From assembly GCA_964566795.1 (NCBI GenBank), contig CAZMIU010000001.1, positions 333,091 through 397,090 on the forward strand: DNA of 64,000 nt. Direction: 5' to 3'. A model generated the notes under the pieces. That model was not told where the DNA came from, made no database searches, and worked only from the letters and a program-made list of their open reading frames with translations. How positions within the stretch are numbered: position 1 is the stretch's first letter; the number at the start of each line of letters is the position of its first letter. Below, in pieces: positions 28,079 to 38,460 of this stretch. The position numbers and the translations under genes were made by a program. This DNA comes from an uncultured Candidatus Saccharibacteria bacterium (GTDB taxonomy: Bacteria; Patescibacteriota; Minisyncoccia; Phycocordibacterales; SBAW01).

Positions 28079-29962
28079 TTAAGCGTTGTATAGACGTAGG
28101 CCATTAAGGATGACAAGTATCGCAACGCCAGTATCAGCCATGATGGCAACCGGCAACGTAGCAAGACCGAATACAGCCAGCAATATAAATACTGCCTTAG
28201 CTAAAAGAGCAGCTCCTACATTTTGCTGTATTGTGCGAACTGTCCTCCTACTGAGCGAGACAGTTTCTGGAATAGCCTGCAAGTTGTCGTTCATAAGTGC
28301 AATATCGGCAGTCTCAATAGCGACATCTGATCCCTGTGCGCCCATAGCAATACCAACATTTGAGAGCGCGAGTGAGGGAGCGTCGTTTACACCGTCGCCC
28401 ACCATGGCCACTGAGCCGTACTTTTCCTTTAGTTCCCTCACCTTCTCTACCTTCTGTTCAGGAAGGAGAGAAGCATGGGACTCATTTATACCCACTCGCG
28501 CTGAAACCGCACTAGCGGTATGTTCGTTGTCTCCAGTCAACATGACAGAAGTAAGGCCTAAGTCTTTAAGTCGACCAATAACTGACTTCGATTCGTCTCG
28601 CACCTTGTCGGCAATGGCCAATGCTCCCATTACCTGCTTACCCTCGCTGATAAGAACGATGGTCTTGCCCTCACGCTCTAGCGGTTCAGTCTTTTGGAGC
28701 ACCTCTTTGGTCGGTATATCATGCGCATCCATAATCTTCGGGTTGCCTACGCAATGCTCTACATCGTCGCAGACCAGACAAACAGCCTTGCCGCCCTTGC
28801 CCGGGATATTTTCATACCTAGACATATCATGCGGGACGATTCCCTTTTCCTTAGCAAAAGCAAGAATGCTCTTGGAAAGCGGGTGCGAGGAGAACTGCTC
28901 CAGACCTGCGGCATCTTCAAGCACCTGCTTTTCGGTAAAACCCTCGAATGCAATGATGTCTGAGACGTACGGTTCGCCGCGAGTTAAAGTACCCGTCTTA
29001 TCGAACGCGATTGCTTTTACTTTCTTCAGCTCTTCCAGATACTTGCCGCCCTTAATGAGAACCCCTCTGCGCGAGGCTCCCCCAAGCGCGGAAGTAATGG
29101 CTACTGGTGTTGCTATGACCAGGGCACAAGGACATGCAATGACGAGAAGAATAAGGGCGCGGGAAAACCAAAGAAGGAACGGCTCCCCTAGCGCAAGCGG
29201 AGGAACAATTGATATGACAGCTGCAATACCGATCACGGACGGAGTGTAGTACTTGGCGAAACTGTCGATAAACTCCTGTGCCGGTGCCTTAGCCTTTTGC
29301 GCTTGCTCGACAAGCGATACAATCTTAGCAAAAGTAGAATTCTTACTTTCTTTTGTTACCTTGATTTCCAAGTAGCCTTGCTCGTTAAGCGTGCCGCCAA
29401 ACACGGCATCGCCCTCGCGCTTGTCCTTTGGTATGGGCTCCCCAGTGATGGTCGCTTCGTTGACTGCCGATATACCCTTAGTTATAAGGCCATCGAGCGG
29501 TATCATCTCGCCGGGCTTTACTGCAACAACCGTGTCGACTGTGACATCGGCAATTGGCTTAGTACTGCCATCCAGGAGCGTCGCGGTTTGTGGCGACTTA
29601 TGCAACAAAGCTTCGAGCGCCTTGCGCGACCGTCCTACTCCATAATCTTCCAGCGCCTCCGAAAGCGAGAAGAAGAAAACAACTGCTGCGGCTTCGGGAA
29701 GTTGGTTTATAAATATCGCCCCTATTGTCGCAATCACCACGAGAAAGTCGATATTGAGGAAACGTTGTTTAAGGAGCCCCTTAAGAGCGCCTAGCACGAC
29801 GTAGATACCGCCGGTCGCTATGCCGGTGAAGTACAGAGCGGTAAGAATCGCTGGCGAGATGGCGAAGAACGACAGTACGAAGGCCGCACCGGTAAACAAA
29901 CCGGAGATTATAGTGAAAATCTTTTTTAGGTCGAGATTCATATATACGTTTGAGTTAATCAA
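28079..29962 (-). CDS. P1B-type heavy-metal-translocating ATPase with a CPC motif, Zn/Cd/Pb- or Cu-type. It has no N-terminal HMA domain.
   Basis: ACPCALVIATP (TM6 CPC), [19 protein letters not shown]. Confidence 0.85.
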   Translation of the reverse strand: MINSNVYMNLDLKKIFTIISGLFTGAAFVLSFFAISPAILTALYFTGIATGGIYVVLGALKGLLKQRFLNIDFLVVIATIGAIFINQLPEAAAVVFFFSLSEALEDYGVGRSRKALEALLHKSPQTATLLDGSTKPIADVTVDTVVAVKPGEMIPLDGLITKGISAVNEATITGEPIPKDKREGDAVFGGTLNEQGYLEIKVTKESKNSTFAKIVSLVEQAQKAKAPAQEFIDSFAKYYTPSVIGIAAVISIVPPLALGEPFLLWFSRALILLVIACPCALVIATPVAITSALGGASRRGVLIKGGKYLEELKKVKAIAFDKTGTLTRGEPYVSDIIAFEGFTEKQVLEDAAGLEQFSSHPLSKSILAFAKEKGIVPHDMSRYENIPGKGGKAVCLVCDDVEHCVGNPKIMDAHDIPTKEVLQKTEPLEREGKTIVLISEGKQVMGALAIADKVRDESKSVIGRLKDLGLTSVMLTGDNEHTASAVSARVGINESHASLLPEQKVEKVRELKEKYGSVAMVGDGVNDAPSLALSNVGIAMGAQGSDVAIETADIALMNDNLQAIPETVSLSRRTVRTIQQNVGAALLAKAVFILLAVFGLATLPVAIMADTGVAILVILNGLRLYNA

Positions 29963-29978
29963 ATTGTTATTTTAATTT

Positions 29979-30341
29979 CTAATCACTTTGGGACTGCGCA
30001 GAAACCTCGTCGCCCATAAACATCTCGTCCATAGAAGAGCCGCCGGACATTCCCCCGTGCTGAACATTATTCATAATCCACAACGTACCTCCTACAAGAA
30101 TACAGACGACAAGGAGAGCGAAGGCTAATACCATCAGATTCCATCGTGGCCCTGATTCCTTGCCCACATGCAGGAAGAAGATAAGTTGTGCCGCAAGTTG
30201 TAAGGTCGCAAACACAACCAAAAGTACAATCACAACGGTCGCACTAAGCGCTTGCCCCATAACTAGGTAAAACGCGAGAAGCGTCAGAATGGCTGAGATC
30301 GCGAAGCCTGCGGCGTAAGATTTTACAGTTCCTTTGGTCAT
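29979..30341 (-). CDS. cyoD: Cytochrome bo3 quinol oxidase subunit IV-like.
   Basis: About 120 aa from [27 protein letters not shown]. It has three TM helices and a 4-nt overlap with the subunit III stop. Confidence 0.6.
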   Translation of the reverse strand: MTKGTVKSYAAGFAISAILTLLAFYLVMGQALSATVVIVLLVVFATLQLAAQLIFFLHVGKESGPRWNLMVLAFALLVVCILVGGTLWIMNNVQHGGMSGGSSMDEMFMGDEVSAQSQSD

Positions 30342-30913
30342 GGTATTTGTAGCGCACCTAGTAAATAGACGAAAGTAAAGATAAAAATCCATATAATATC
30401 AAGAAAGTGCCAAAACAAGCTTAGGCACGATAGTTTGCGCAGTGTAGCAGCTGTAAGGCCGCGCACCGCAACATGCACAAGCAGAACAACTATCCATAAC
30501 GATCCGATCAGCACGTGCAATCCGTGTGCACCTACTAGAGCAAAGAATGAAGATAAAGAGGCGCTTTTGTCCGGGCCATATCCCTCCAATATGAGATTTT
30601 TAAATTCGCTTACTTCCATGGCAAGGAAAGCGGCACCTAGAAGGAGGGTTACCGCGAGTGCTGCAATGACCCACTGCTTCTTTTGATTGTGAGCCGCGAC
30701 CATGGCAAGCCCTATCGTAAAACTACTTGTCAAAAGAATCATCGTTTCTATGAGCACAAAAGGCAGACTGAACAGTTCTCCGGGCTCCGGAGTGCCAAAT
30801 GTCGCGCTTCGCAGTACTGCATACGTGGCAAAAAGCCCTGCAAAGAGCACGCAGTCGCTCATGAGGTACACCCAGAAACCGGAAACTACTTTGTCGTCAG
30901 AGTGTTCTTTCAT
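30338..30913 (-). CDS. cyoC: Heme-copper oxidase subunit III (quinol oxidase type).
   Basis: 191 aa, five TM helices. [28 protein letters not shown] and [16 protein letters not shown] are typical of CyoC/CtaE. Confidence 0.75.
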   Translation of the reverse strand: MKEHSDDKVVSGFWVYLMSDCVLFAGLFATYAVLRSATFGTPEPGELFSLPFVLIETMILLTSSFTIGLAMVAAHNQKKQWVIAALAVTLLLGAAFLAMEVSEFKNLILEGYGPDKSASLSSFFALVGAHGLHVLIGSLWIVVLLVHVAVRGLTAATLRKLSCLSLFWHFLDIIWIFIFTFVYLLGALQIP

Positions 30914-32829
30914 GTTATTTTCTCTGCGGGAAGGACATATTCGATCTTGTCGTTAAACGAACGGACAACAAGGCAGGCAAATACTCCGACGATACCGAGA
31001 ACGGCAAGCCACCATATGTGCCAAATCATTGCAAAACCAAAGCAAAGGCTGAGGCCTGCGATGATAAAGCCGACAGAAGTGTTAGCGGGAAGATGGATAT
31101 CCTCGCGGGCGCTGGGTACGCCTTCTCTGGACTCTTTCATTGTCCAAAAAGCATCCTTCCCGCTCACATGCGGAATGCTGGAAAAGTTGTACTCCGGCGG
31201 GGGCGAAGTAGTAGACCATTCAAGCGTTCTCCCGTTCCATGGATCGTTTCCAGCGATATTTTGCTTTCGCTGTCGGACACTTACGACAATCTGGAGAACT
31301 TGGAAAAATACTGCAAGCGCAATGACACACGCTCCAATAGCAGCAACTATCAACAACGGTTGCCAACTTGCGTCTACCTGCGAAAGACGGCGCGTCATTC
31401 CCATGAGCCCCAGTGCATAGAGCGGGATAAAGGCAAGCAAGAATCCGACGATCCAGCTCCAAAACGCGTATCTGCCTAAACGTTCGTTTAGCGTAAAACC
31501 GAACATTTTAGGGAACCAGTAAACAAACCCTGCAAAAAACCCGAAGAGCACACCGCCAATGATCATGTTATGGAAATGCGCGATTACAAACAAACTATTG
31601 TGCAGCTGGAAATTCACTCCTGGTATCGACAAAAGAACGCCTGTCATGCCACCAAGCACGAAAGTCGTCATAAAACCCATAAACCATAGCATCGGAGTCT
31701 TAAAGATAATTCGACCTCGAAACATAGTGAAAAGCCAGTTAAATACTTTTACTCCTGTTGGAATCGCGATGACCATCGTCATAATACCGAAGAAGGCATT
31801 TACATTAGCGTTGGTGCCCATGGTAAAGAAGTGGTGTCCCCACACCATGAATGAGAGTACGCTTATAAGAAGCGTCGCAACGACCATGGAGGTGTACCCG
31901 AACAATCTTTTTTGGGCAAACACGGGTACGATTTCAGAGAATATACCGAATGCTGGCAAAATAAGTATGTAGACTTCCGGATGACCCCATGACCAGATAA
32001 GGTTGACGTACATCATAGCGTTGCCGCCGAGGTCAGTGGTAAAAAAGTGCATGCCAAAAATGCGGTCGAGTGACAGGAGGCCGAGCGTGGCGGTAAGAAT
32101 AGGAAAGGCAAAAATAACCAGAATCATCGACCCGAGCGTGGTCCAGACAAATACCGGCATGCGCATAAGAGTCATTCCGGGTGCACGCATTTTAATAATC
32201 GTGATGAGGAAGTTGATACCTGAAATGAGCGTCCCGGCACCTGCGACTTGCAGTGCCCAGATATAGTAGTCGACGCCAACACCGGGACTGTATTGAAGTT
32301 CTGAGAGCGGCGGATATGCAAGCCAGCCGGTAGCAGCAAATTCTCCTACGACCAGAGAAAGATTGATGAGTATAGCCCCCGCAACCGTGAGCCAAAAGGA
32401 AACCGAGTTAAGAAAAGGGAAAGCTACATCTCGACTGCCAATCTGGAGTGGCAGTATGTAGTTTATGAGGCCGAACATAAATGGCATAGCCACGAAAAAG
32501 ATCATGATTATTCCGTGGGCCGTAAACACTTGGGAATAGTGTTCCGGGGACAAATATCCTGTGTTTTCTCCGGCCGCTAAAGCTTGTTGCGCGCGCATCA
32601 TAAAAGCATCCGTAGCGCCTCTCGCTAGCATGACCGCAGAGAGGAGTAAATACATAATGCCTATCTTTTTGTGATCTACAGACGTAATCCACTCTTTCCA
32701 AAGCCACTTCCAGCGCTTGAAATAGAACAGCAACCCTACCACCGCGACCACACCAAGAATTACAGTAAATTGAGCAACCGTCTCAATCGGTCCGTGTATG
32801 AATGCGTCTAAGGTAATTTTGCCAAACAT
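30910..32829 (-). CDS. cyoB: Heme-copper oxidase subunit I (cytochrome bo3 ubiquinol oxidase subunit I-like).
   Basis: 639 aa. Conserved His ligands in [20 protein letters not shown] and FHNMIIGG, with about 14 TM helices. The size and the C/D-type neighbours favour the quinol oxidase. Confidence 0.85.
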   Translation of the reverse strand: MFGKITLDAFIHGPIETVAQFTVILGVVAVVGLLFYFKRWKWLWKEWITSVDHKKIGIMYLLLSAVMLARGATDAFMMRAQQALAAGENTGYLSPEHYSQVFTAHGIIMIFFVAMPFMFGLINYILPLQIGSRDVAFPFLNSVSFWLTVAGAILINLSLVVGEFAATGWLAYPPLSELQYSPGVGVDYYIWALQVAGAGTLISGINFLITIIKMRAPGMTLMRMPVFVWTTLGSMILVIFAFPILTATLGLLSLDRIFGMHFFTTDLGGNAMMYVNLIWSWGHPEVYILILPAFGIFSEIVPVFAQKRLFGYTSMVVATLLISVLSFMVWGHHFFTMGTNANVNAFFGIMTMVIAIPTGVKVFNWLFTMFRGRIIFKTPMLWFMGFMTTFVLGGMTGVLLSIPGVNFQLHNSLFVIAHFHNMIIGGVLFGFFAGFVYWFPKMFGFTLNERLGRYAFWSWIVGFLLAFIPLYALGLMGMTRRLSQVDASWQPLLIVAAIGACVIALAVFFQVLQIVVSVRQRKQNIAGNDPWNGRTLEWSTTSPPPEYNFSSIPHVSGKDAFWTMKESREGVPSAREDIHLPANTSVGFIIAGLSLCFGFAMIWHIWWLAVLGIVGVFACLVVRSFNDKIEYVLPAEKIT

Positions 32830-32886
32830 AATTTCAATTTTGTGGTGACTCTATATTTCTTCGCCTTGTTCCTGTTACCCACGTAC

Positions 32887-33093
32887 TCATGAGTCAGTAT
32901 GCGCCTCAGGTTCATGATTAGTCGGTATTTCCATCGAATCTATGGTATTTGCAGGTGCCGGCTGAGGTGCCGTGTTCTCCTGCTGATTAACCCCTGACTC
33001 AGGCTGCCAATGCCACCACAGGAAAATCCCCGCCGCTAGCGCCAGCACTATTAGTCCCCCTACTATCACTTTGATGTAAGATTGAAGTTCCAT
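32887..33093 (-). CDS. Small single-TM protein directly upstream of cyoB. It is not a recognisable subunit II.
   Basis: 68 aa. It has one TM helix and a Pro/Gln/Glu-rich tail, with no cupredoxin domain. Confidence 0.3.
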   Translation of the reverse strand: MELQSYIKVIVGGLIVLALAAGIFLWWHWQPESGVNQQENTAPQPAPANTIDSMEIPTNHEPEAHTDS

Positions 33094-33096
33094 ACT

Positions 33097-33948
33097 TTAT
33101 TGTTGTGCAGATAATGTTGCTACTTTGGCTTCGCTCGATTGCGTTAGCTGTTGTTCAAACTCCTTAAGAAGGAAGAGGCTTATGTCGTCCATCGTGTCGT
33201 GACCCTGCCGGAACGGTTTCTCTATGGCGCGAATAAGCTGCCTGATATAGAGAAGCAGGTAGGATATGAACCCCAGGAGCACTACCGACTCGGGCGACCC
33301 TTCAGTCTGGACGAACAAGAGAAGGAACACGATGCCGAGCGCAAGCGATTCAGCCAGTACGTGAGCAGAAGGCAGGAATTGCGTTCTCTGGATGTGGTAG
33401 ACCCTTAGCACGCTTCGGCGCAGAGCCGCTTGTTCTCCCTCAAGACGGACAATGTAATTGGGGGGCATGTCGAGCTTTTCCATCTGAGCATAAGACTCTG
33501 AAAGCTCGTTAACCGACGCGATGCATGGCTCAAGCTTATAATGGTCGCCCTCATGTCCAAGTCCTTTGATAAAACTACGTACGATTGCTACTATCCTCTC
33601 TCGCATCTTTACCAAGTCAAATTCTTTTTTGTCACGGCTAAAGAACTTGCCCTCTTCCCAAATATTCTCAAGCGATGAGCGCATATCGGCTGGTATCTTT
33701 TCAGCCTCCTTGTAGTCAGCGATAATACCCGCAAGTAAGAAGCCGACGATGAATATTGCTCCCGCTATTGCGCTCGAGAACAGCGCATTGAGGGAGAAGA
33801 CCTCTACACCCCATGTATGGATGAGGAACTTCGCCCCCATGATTACAGTGACGATCGCTAGCGTCCATATGCTGATCTTTAGTTTCTTAAGCATGCGGTG
33901 GTCATGGGCACAATACTTAGTAGTTAACGTAGTATTTAACTTTTGCAT
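33097..33948 (-). CDS. Membrane protein (hypothetical) with four TM helices and a central soluble region.
   Basis: Hydrophobic segments sit at the N- and C-termini. No recognised domain. Confidence 0.4.
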   Translation of the reverse strand: MQKLNTTLTTKYCAHDHRMLKKLKISIWTLAIVTVIMGAKFLIHTWGVEVFSLNALFSSAIAGAIFIVGFLLAGIIADYKEAEKIPADMRSSLENIWEEGKFFSRDKKEFDLVKMRERIVAIVRSFIKGLGHEGDHYKLEPCIASVNELSESYAQMEKLDMPPNYIVRLEGEQAALRRSVLRVYHIQRTQFLPSAHVLAESLALGIVFLLLFVQTEGSPESVVLLGFISYLLLYIRQLIRAIEKPFRQGHDTMDDISLFLLKEFEQQLTQSSEAKVATLSAQQ

Positions 33949-34537
33949 TCGCCGTCAGTTCAGCAACCCATTTTTGTGCCTCTTGCTGCAACTTTTGCTC
34001 CCTTAGCTGCTCATTAATCTGAGCCTTGAACTCCTCCATTTTCGTACCGGCTGGAGGTGTCGCCTTGGTGTCTTTTATGTACGCCTCCACCTCATCTGCA
34101 GAAACTGAAACCTTATCGCCCAAAAGTTTTTCTAGCTTCTTTTGGATGGTAATTTGCTCTCGCAAGTCTTCCTCGGTCATGCCCTGGGCAGCAAGGGCCT
34201 GTTCAAGGGTACTCCCCTGACCTGCAACTTCTGCTTCAAGTTTCTTTATCTCAGCCTCAATCTCTTCTGGAGCTAGAGTCACTTTTTGCTTATTAAGTTC
34301 GTTCTCGACTAGTCGTTTATTTATCATTGCGTCCAAGGCCTGCTTGCCGGATTGTTTTTCCAGTTCACCAATAACAGCTAAGCGGCTTATTGGGCTGCCA
34401 TTTACTGTCACCGCTACGAAGAGACCCCTAGCAAAGAACAACCCCGCAGCAAGAAGAACGACCGCTGCCACGATGACAACAACCAGTGGCTTGGGCTTTT
34501 TTAACTTTAGGCTTATGTAGTTTGAATTATTTTCCAT
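33917..34537 (-). CDS. SurA N-terminal-domain-like periplasmic chaperone, with no PPIase domain.
   Basis: TM anchor, then AVTVNGSPISRLAVIGELEKQSGKQALDAMINKRLVENE, a SurA_N-like chaperone pattern. Confidence 0.45.
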   Translation of the reverse strand: MENNSNYISLKLKKPKPLVVVIVAAVVLLAAGLFFARGLFVAVTVNGSPISRLAVIGELEKQSGKQALDAMINKRLVENELNKQKVTLAPEEIEAEIKKLEAEVAGQGSTLEQALAAQGMTEEDLREQITIQKKLEKLLGDKVSVSADEVEAYIKDTKATPPAGTKMEEFKAQINEQLREQKLQQEAQKWVAELTANAKVKYYVNY

Positions 34538-34559
34538 AGTGATTTATATAGTTATTTTT

Positions 34560-35129
34560 TTACCCATTTACCAGTACGCTGCGCTTCAGGGTAAGATGCG
34601 CAAAACCTGCAAACATCAACATGCTCCCAAACACCATGATTCCCATGAAAGGGATGGTTGCAAACCCATACACGAGAATTGGCGAGTCGGTGCAGGCAGG
34701 CATGAGCCCTCCATAGGAACATGGCAACGAGAGCTTGTTACCGAGCACGAAGCCTTGGAAGTGGTAGTAGTAATGGTAGATCGCGTACCACAACCCGAAC
34801 GCAGAGAGGATAGCCACAGTTATGTGCGTCTCGCGGGTTTTGTACCACAGTGCGACTAAGGTTATTACACTCGTCGGATACAGGAATATCCGCTGCCACC
34901 AGCACAGCTCGCATACTGGGGTGTCGTACACCAACTGATAGACAAGAGAACCTGCTATAGAGATGCATGCAATTGCGGCCAACGCTGCAATAAACCAGAA
35001 GTACGGTACGCGCTGTATGCGGGCCCGTACGCCGACTGACAACCAATACAATATCCCTACAGCCACGAGCGCGACAAAGAGTCCTATCGATCCAGAAACC
35101 AGAAGTGTGGAATAGGTATCGAGTGTCAT
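34560..35129 (-). CDS. dsbB: Disulfide bond formation protein B-like.
   Basis: Four TM helices. The first periplasmic CxxC sits in a ...CELCWWQR context, which is DsbB-like. A second Cys pair is LPCSYGGLMPAC. Confidence 0.65.
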   Translation of the reverse strand: MTLDTYSTLLVSGSIGLFVALVAVGILYWLSVGVRARIQRVPYFWFIAALAAIACISIAGSLVYQLVYDTPVCELCWWQRIFLYPTSVITLVALWYKTRETHITVAILSAFGLWYAIYHYYYHFQGFVLGNKLSLPCSYGGLMPACTDSPILVYGFATIPFMGIMVFGSMLMFAGFAHLTLKRSVLVNG

Positions 35130-35132
35130 ACT

Positions 35133-35804
35133 CTATTGATTTACGGGGGCGGATGTACTGACTTTTGCCTTAATAAGCGCTTTGAACGGCTCATAGCCCT
35201 GCGGGTTCTGTATCTTTTCTCCATTGAGGAAGAAAGTCGGCGTACCGCTGTTGCCGAGCTTTTTACCTGAGTCAATATCGCGCTGCACTCGGGCAGCAAC
35301 CTCTGGCGAAGCGACATCTTGTTTGAACTTCTCCATATCAAGCCCGAGCTGCTTAGCATAGTCCTCAAACACGGCCGGTGTCGAAGTATTCTTCTCTCCC
35401 CATTTCTCCTGTTCGGTAAACAATAGGTCGTGCATTTCTGTGTACTTGTTTTGTCGCGCAGCGGCCTCAACGGCAAGTGCGGCAGTCATGCCATTTTTGT
35501 GTCCGGGAAGTGGAAAATATCGGCGCACTACCCTAAGATCATTCGGGAATTCCTGCTCAAGCTGTTTGACGAGCGGAAAATACGCGCCGCACGCCTCACA
35601 CTCGAAGTCGAGGTACTCGATGAGCGTTGCTTTTGCGCTTGTAGACCCGACCACATAATCATCGACGACAACCGTAAGCAAGTCATTGGGCGGTACCTCT
35701 TTTTTCTGAGACCCGGGGACAACAAGCCACACAAGGCCTATGACTACGACTATCGCTAGGACAATCCACTTCACAAACTTGGTATTTGGTTTAGTTTGAT
35801 CCAT
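35133..35804 (-). CDS. DsbA-family thiol:disulfide oxidoreductase, membrane-anchored.
   Basis: Thioredoxin fold with active site FECEACG, and a cis-Pro region. Confidence 0.75.
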   Translation of the reverse strand: MDQTKPNTKFVKWIVLAIVVVIGLVWLVVPGSQKKEVPPNDLLTVVVDDYVVGSTSAKATLIEYLDFECEACGAYFPLVKQLEQEFPNDLRVVRRYFPLPGHKNGMTAALAVEAAARQNKYTEMHDLLFTEQEKWGEKNTSTPAVFEDYAKQLGLDMEKFKQDVASPEVAARVQRDIDSGKKLGNSGTPTFFLNGEKIQNPQGYEPFKALIKAKVSTSAPVNQ

Positions 35805-35932
35805 ACAGTAATTGATTTTTAGAAGATAAACGGAAAGACATGCGCTGCTCTACCCTAGACCCTGGTAATGGAGCCATATCACTGATGCCATGATCGCCGC
35901 CATAATTGAACCGGTTACGATGTAGCTCATTA

Positions 35933-36650
35933 TTAATTCCCAGCCAGAGCTTTATCAACCAGCTGCTTTACGTTTGCGTACGGCTGAGCGCCAGAGAGCG
36001 GGTACTTCTTTCCGTCCTTGCCCACCACAATGCTCCAGGGCGTGCCTTGACCCCCGGTTGCGGTTGCATTAGCAACCTCGTCTTCAATATGCTTATCGAA
36101 CTTGCCGCTCGTGAGGCATGAATTGAATTTAGCAACATCGAGCCCGACATATTGCGCAATTTTAGGAAGCTCTGCGGCATCGAGTCCGTCATTAGATGGC
36201 GTAACCTCGTATACACGGTCTGCATAGGCCCAAAATTTGTCATTGCCACCTTGGTCGCCTGCACACTCAAGCGCTACTGCCTCATTGCGTGCCTTGGCAT
36301 GGAGCGAATCAAGCGGGAAATGGCGGTATATCCACGCGACTTGCGAACCATACGTGCTCACAACCTGCTTCATGGTGTTATGGAACTGCTTGCAGAAGGG
36401 GCACTCGGTGTCGGAGTACTCGACTACCTTGACCGGAGCGTTTATATCGCCTCGAATATGGTCGCTTGCGGTAACTGCAGTCATTGCCTCCAGATCACCT
36501 GTAGGCTGTGCCGGGACCTGTCCTTGCGGCTGAACAACTGCAGCAGGCCCAGGGAGACGGCTACTGAATAGTATTGCTCCGGCAATGATGATGCCGGTGA
36601 TGATAATGGCAACGGAGGGCGATATTTTATTTTGTAGTGATTCCATGTTT
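35933..36650 (-). CDS. Second DsbA-family thiol:disulfide oxidoreductase.
   Basis: Active site TECPFCKQF. TM anchor from start MESLQNKISPSVAIIITGIIIAG, with the ATG at 36650. Confidence 0.7.
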
Positions 36651-36710
36651 TTGGACCATAGGGAAAGCGAATAAACGCCGGACACACCGGCAGCCTTAGA
36701 GAAAAGCTGA

Positions 36711-37118
36711 TTAGAATGCCCGAGAATTAAGTATGCCCCGAGCGTAGGCTTCTTGGAGCACTGTGCGTGAAGATAGCGGCGGATATGAAAAGGCTCCAAC
36801 TAGAGCAATCGACAGCGGCGAAACAAGGGCTTCTTTTCTAAAAGCTCCTACAAGTACAACCGCGAGAAAAAGGAAAGAAATTAGAAAAAGGACGTCTGCT
36901 GGTGGGAGCGCGACGAACATGCTTTGTATTTCTTGAATATGCTCTATTGGATTTACTTGGCAAAGAGCCGCTGCATGGCTAGGCATAAAGGGACAGTTGC
37001 CCGTCTTCCCTCCCATGGAGCCCATCCCGAAATAGGCAGACCCAAGGGATGGAAGCAAAAGTAGCACCAGTACCGCTAGCAATAGACCGGCTTTTCTCCA
37101 TGGAACGGCGAAGGGCAT
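36711..37118 (-). CDS. Secreted/membrane hypothetical protein with a CxxxxxxxxxC pair.
   Basis: Signal peptide, GNCPFMPSHAAALC, and a C-terminal TM helix. Confidence 0.35.
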   Translation of the reverse strand: MPFAVPWRKAGLLLAVLVLLLLPSLGSAYFGMGSMGGKTGNCPFMPSHAAALCQVNPIEHIQEIQSMFVALPPADVLFLISFLFLAVVLVGAFRKEALVSPLSIALVGAFSYPPLSSRTVLQEAYARGILNSRAF

Positions 37119-37435
37119 ACCTATACCTTACCAGATATTTTTACTTGGCGTATTTTATCAAACGCTTGCTTCGACCTCTGAAATGTGGTCAAAAACTGAC
37201 TTATCCACAGTCCTTAACTTCTCTTCCCCTAAGGGGAGTTACTAGGTTTTTTACGCAACAATAGGATTACTTCCTGAAGTCATGGGTTGTGCGCCCATAT
37301 CTGCCTTGGTAGGGTTTATAGGACGGTCATGAAGGATTGATGAAATGGCTCAACAGAGCCATTTTTCTCACAAAAGGCTGAAATACCGTTAAAAATAGGC
37401 TTATAAGACTCTTTAGAAAAATTTCTCCTCCGAGG

Positions 37436-38455
37436 TTGAAAGTACCGGAGAAGTTCAAAACTCCCACGCTGCGCGTTGCCCTACTGGGCGGCTGTCTTTT
37501 GGTCGTCCCCGCCTTTCTATCTTTTGCCGGTATTCATTCATCGGTATTTATTAGCGCAAATGCCGCCAAAGCGGGCTATACGGCTTCTCAACACAACTCT
37601 CAAACAATACCGGTACTCATGGCTGCCAACAATATAGATCCAAATCCCTCGGTAGGAGGAGGCGACATTTTAATTAGCGGAAGTGCGTTAATGCCTCAAG
37701 GTGGAGCTTCTAATAGCGACGCGGATCAAGACAGACATGCCGGATCCTCGCAGATAAACGTCTATATCGTACGCGAAGGAGATACCCTGAGCGATATAGC
37801 AGAAATGTTCGATGTGTCGGTAAACACCATTGCTTGGGGCAATGACATCAAGGGCAGGGTCATTAAACCGGGCCAGGAGCTTGTAATCCTTCCCGTAACC
37901 GGCGTCCAACACACGGTCCAAAAAGGAGACACAATCGCCTCTCTGGCTAAAAAGTACAGCGCCGATGCGTCAGAGATAGCGCATTTCAACGAACTTGCTA
38001 CCGACGCGTCCTTGGCCGTTGGGACCGTCATAACGGTACCAGATGGCGCACTACCGGCCCCAACGGCCAAAAGCGCGTCTAGCCGCGCTGGAGGGCTCTC
38101 AGGGGCTGGTGGCTACTACGGATGGCCGCTGAGCGGAGGGGTCATTACGCAAGGTATCCATGGATACAATGCGCTCGACATAGGGGCCAGTAACGGAACG
38201 GATATTTATGCCTCGGCTGGAGGTACTGTGGTTATCGCCCGCAACGGCGGCTGGAACGGCGGCTACGGCAACTATGTGGTTATAAAGCATAGTAATGGCA
38301 CCCAAACCCTTTATGCGCACGCGAGCCAGGTATTAACATCGGCTGGTGCGCGAGTAGAAAAAGGCGATCTCATCGCCTTGGTGGGATCGACCGGCAAGTC
38401 TACGGGCAATCATTTGCACTTTGAGGTTCGCGGCGCGACAAATCCTTTCAGATAA
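37436..38455 (+). CDS. Cell-wall hydrolase with two LysM domains and an M23 metallopeptidase domain.
   Basis: LysM 1: YIVREGDTLSDIAEMFDVSVNTIAWGNDI. LysM 2: HTVQKGDTIASLAKKYSADASEIAHFNEL. M23: HGYNALDIGA...YGNYVVIKHSNG...GNHLHFEV. A TTG start is inferred. Confidence 0.8.
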   Translation: MKVPEKFKTPTLRVALLGGCLLVVPAFLSFAGIHSSVFISANAAKAGYTASQHNSQTIPVLMAANNIDPNPSVGGGDILISGSALMPQGGASNSDADQDRHAGSSQINVYIVREGDTLSDIAEMFDVSVNTIAWGNDIKGRVIKPGQELVILPVTGVQHTVQKGDTIASLAKKYSADASEIAHFNELATDASLAVGTVITVPDGALPAPTAKSASSRAGGLSGAGGYYGWPLSGGVITQGIHGYNALDIGASNGTDIYASAGGTVVIARNGGWNGGYGNYVVIKHSNGTQTLYAHASQVLTSAGARVEKGDLIALVGSTGKSTGNHLHFEVRGATNPFR

Positions 38456-38460
38456 CTTTC

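Noticed and set aside
32887-33093. Calling the 68-aa protein upstream of cyoB as cytochrome oxidase subunit II.
   Set aside because: There is no cupredoxin or quinol-binding periplasmic domain and only one TM helix. The position is suggestive but there is no sequence support.
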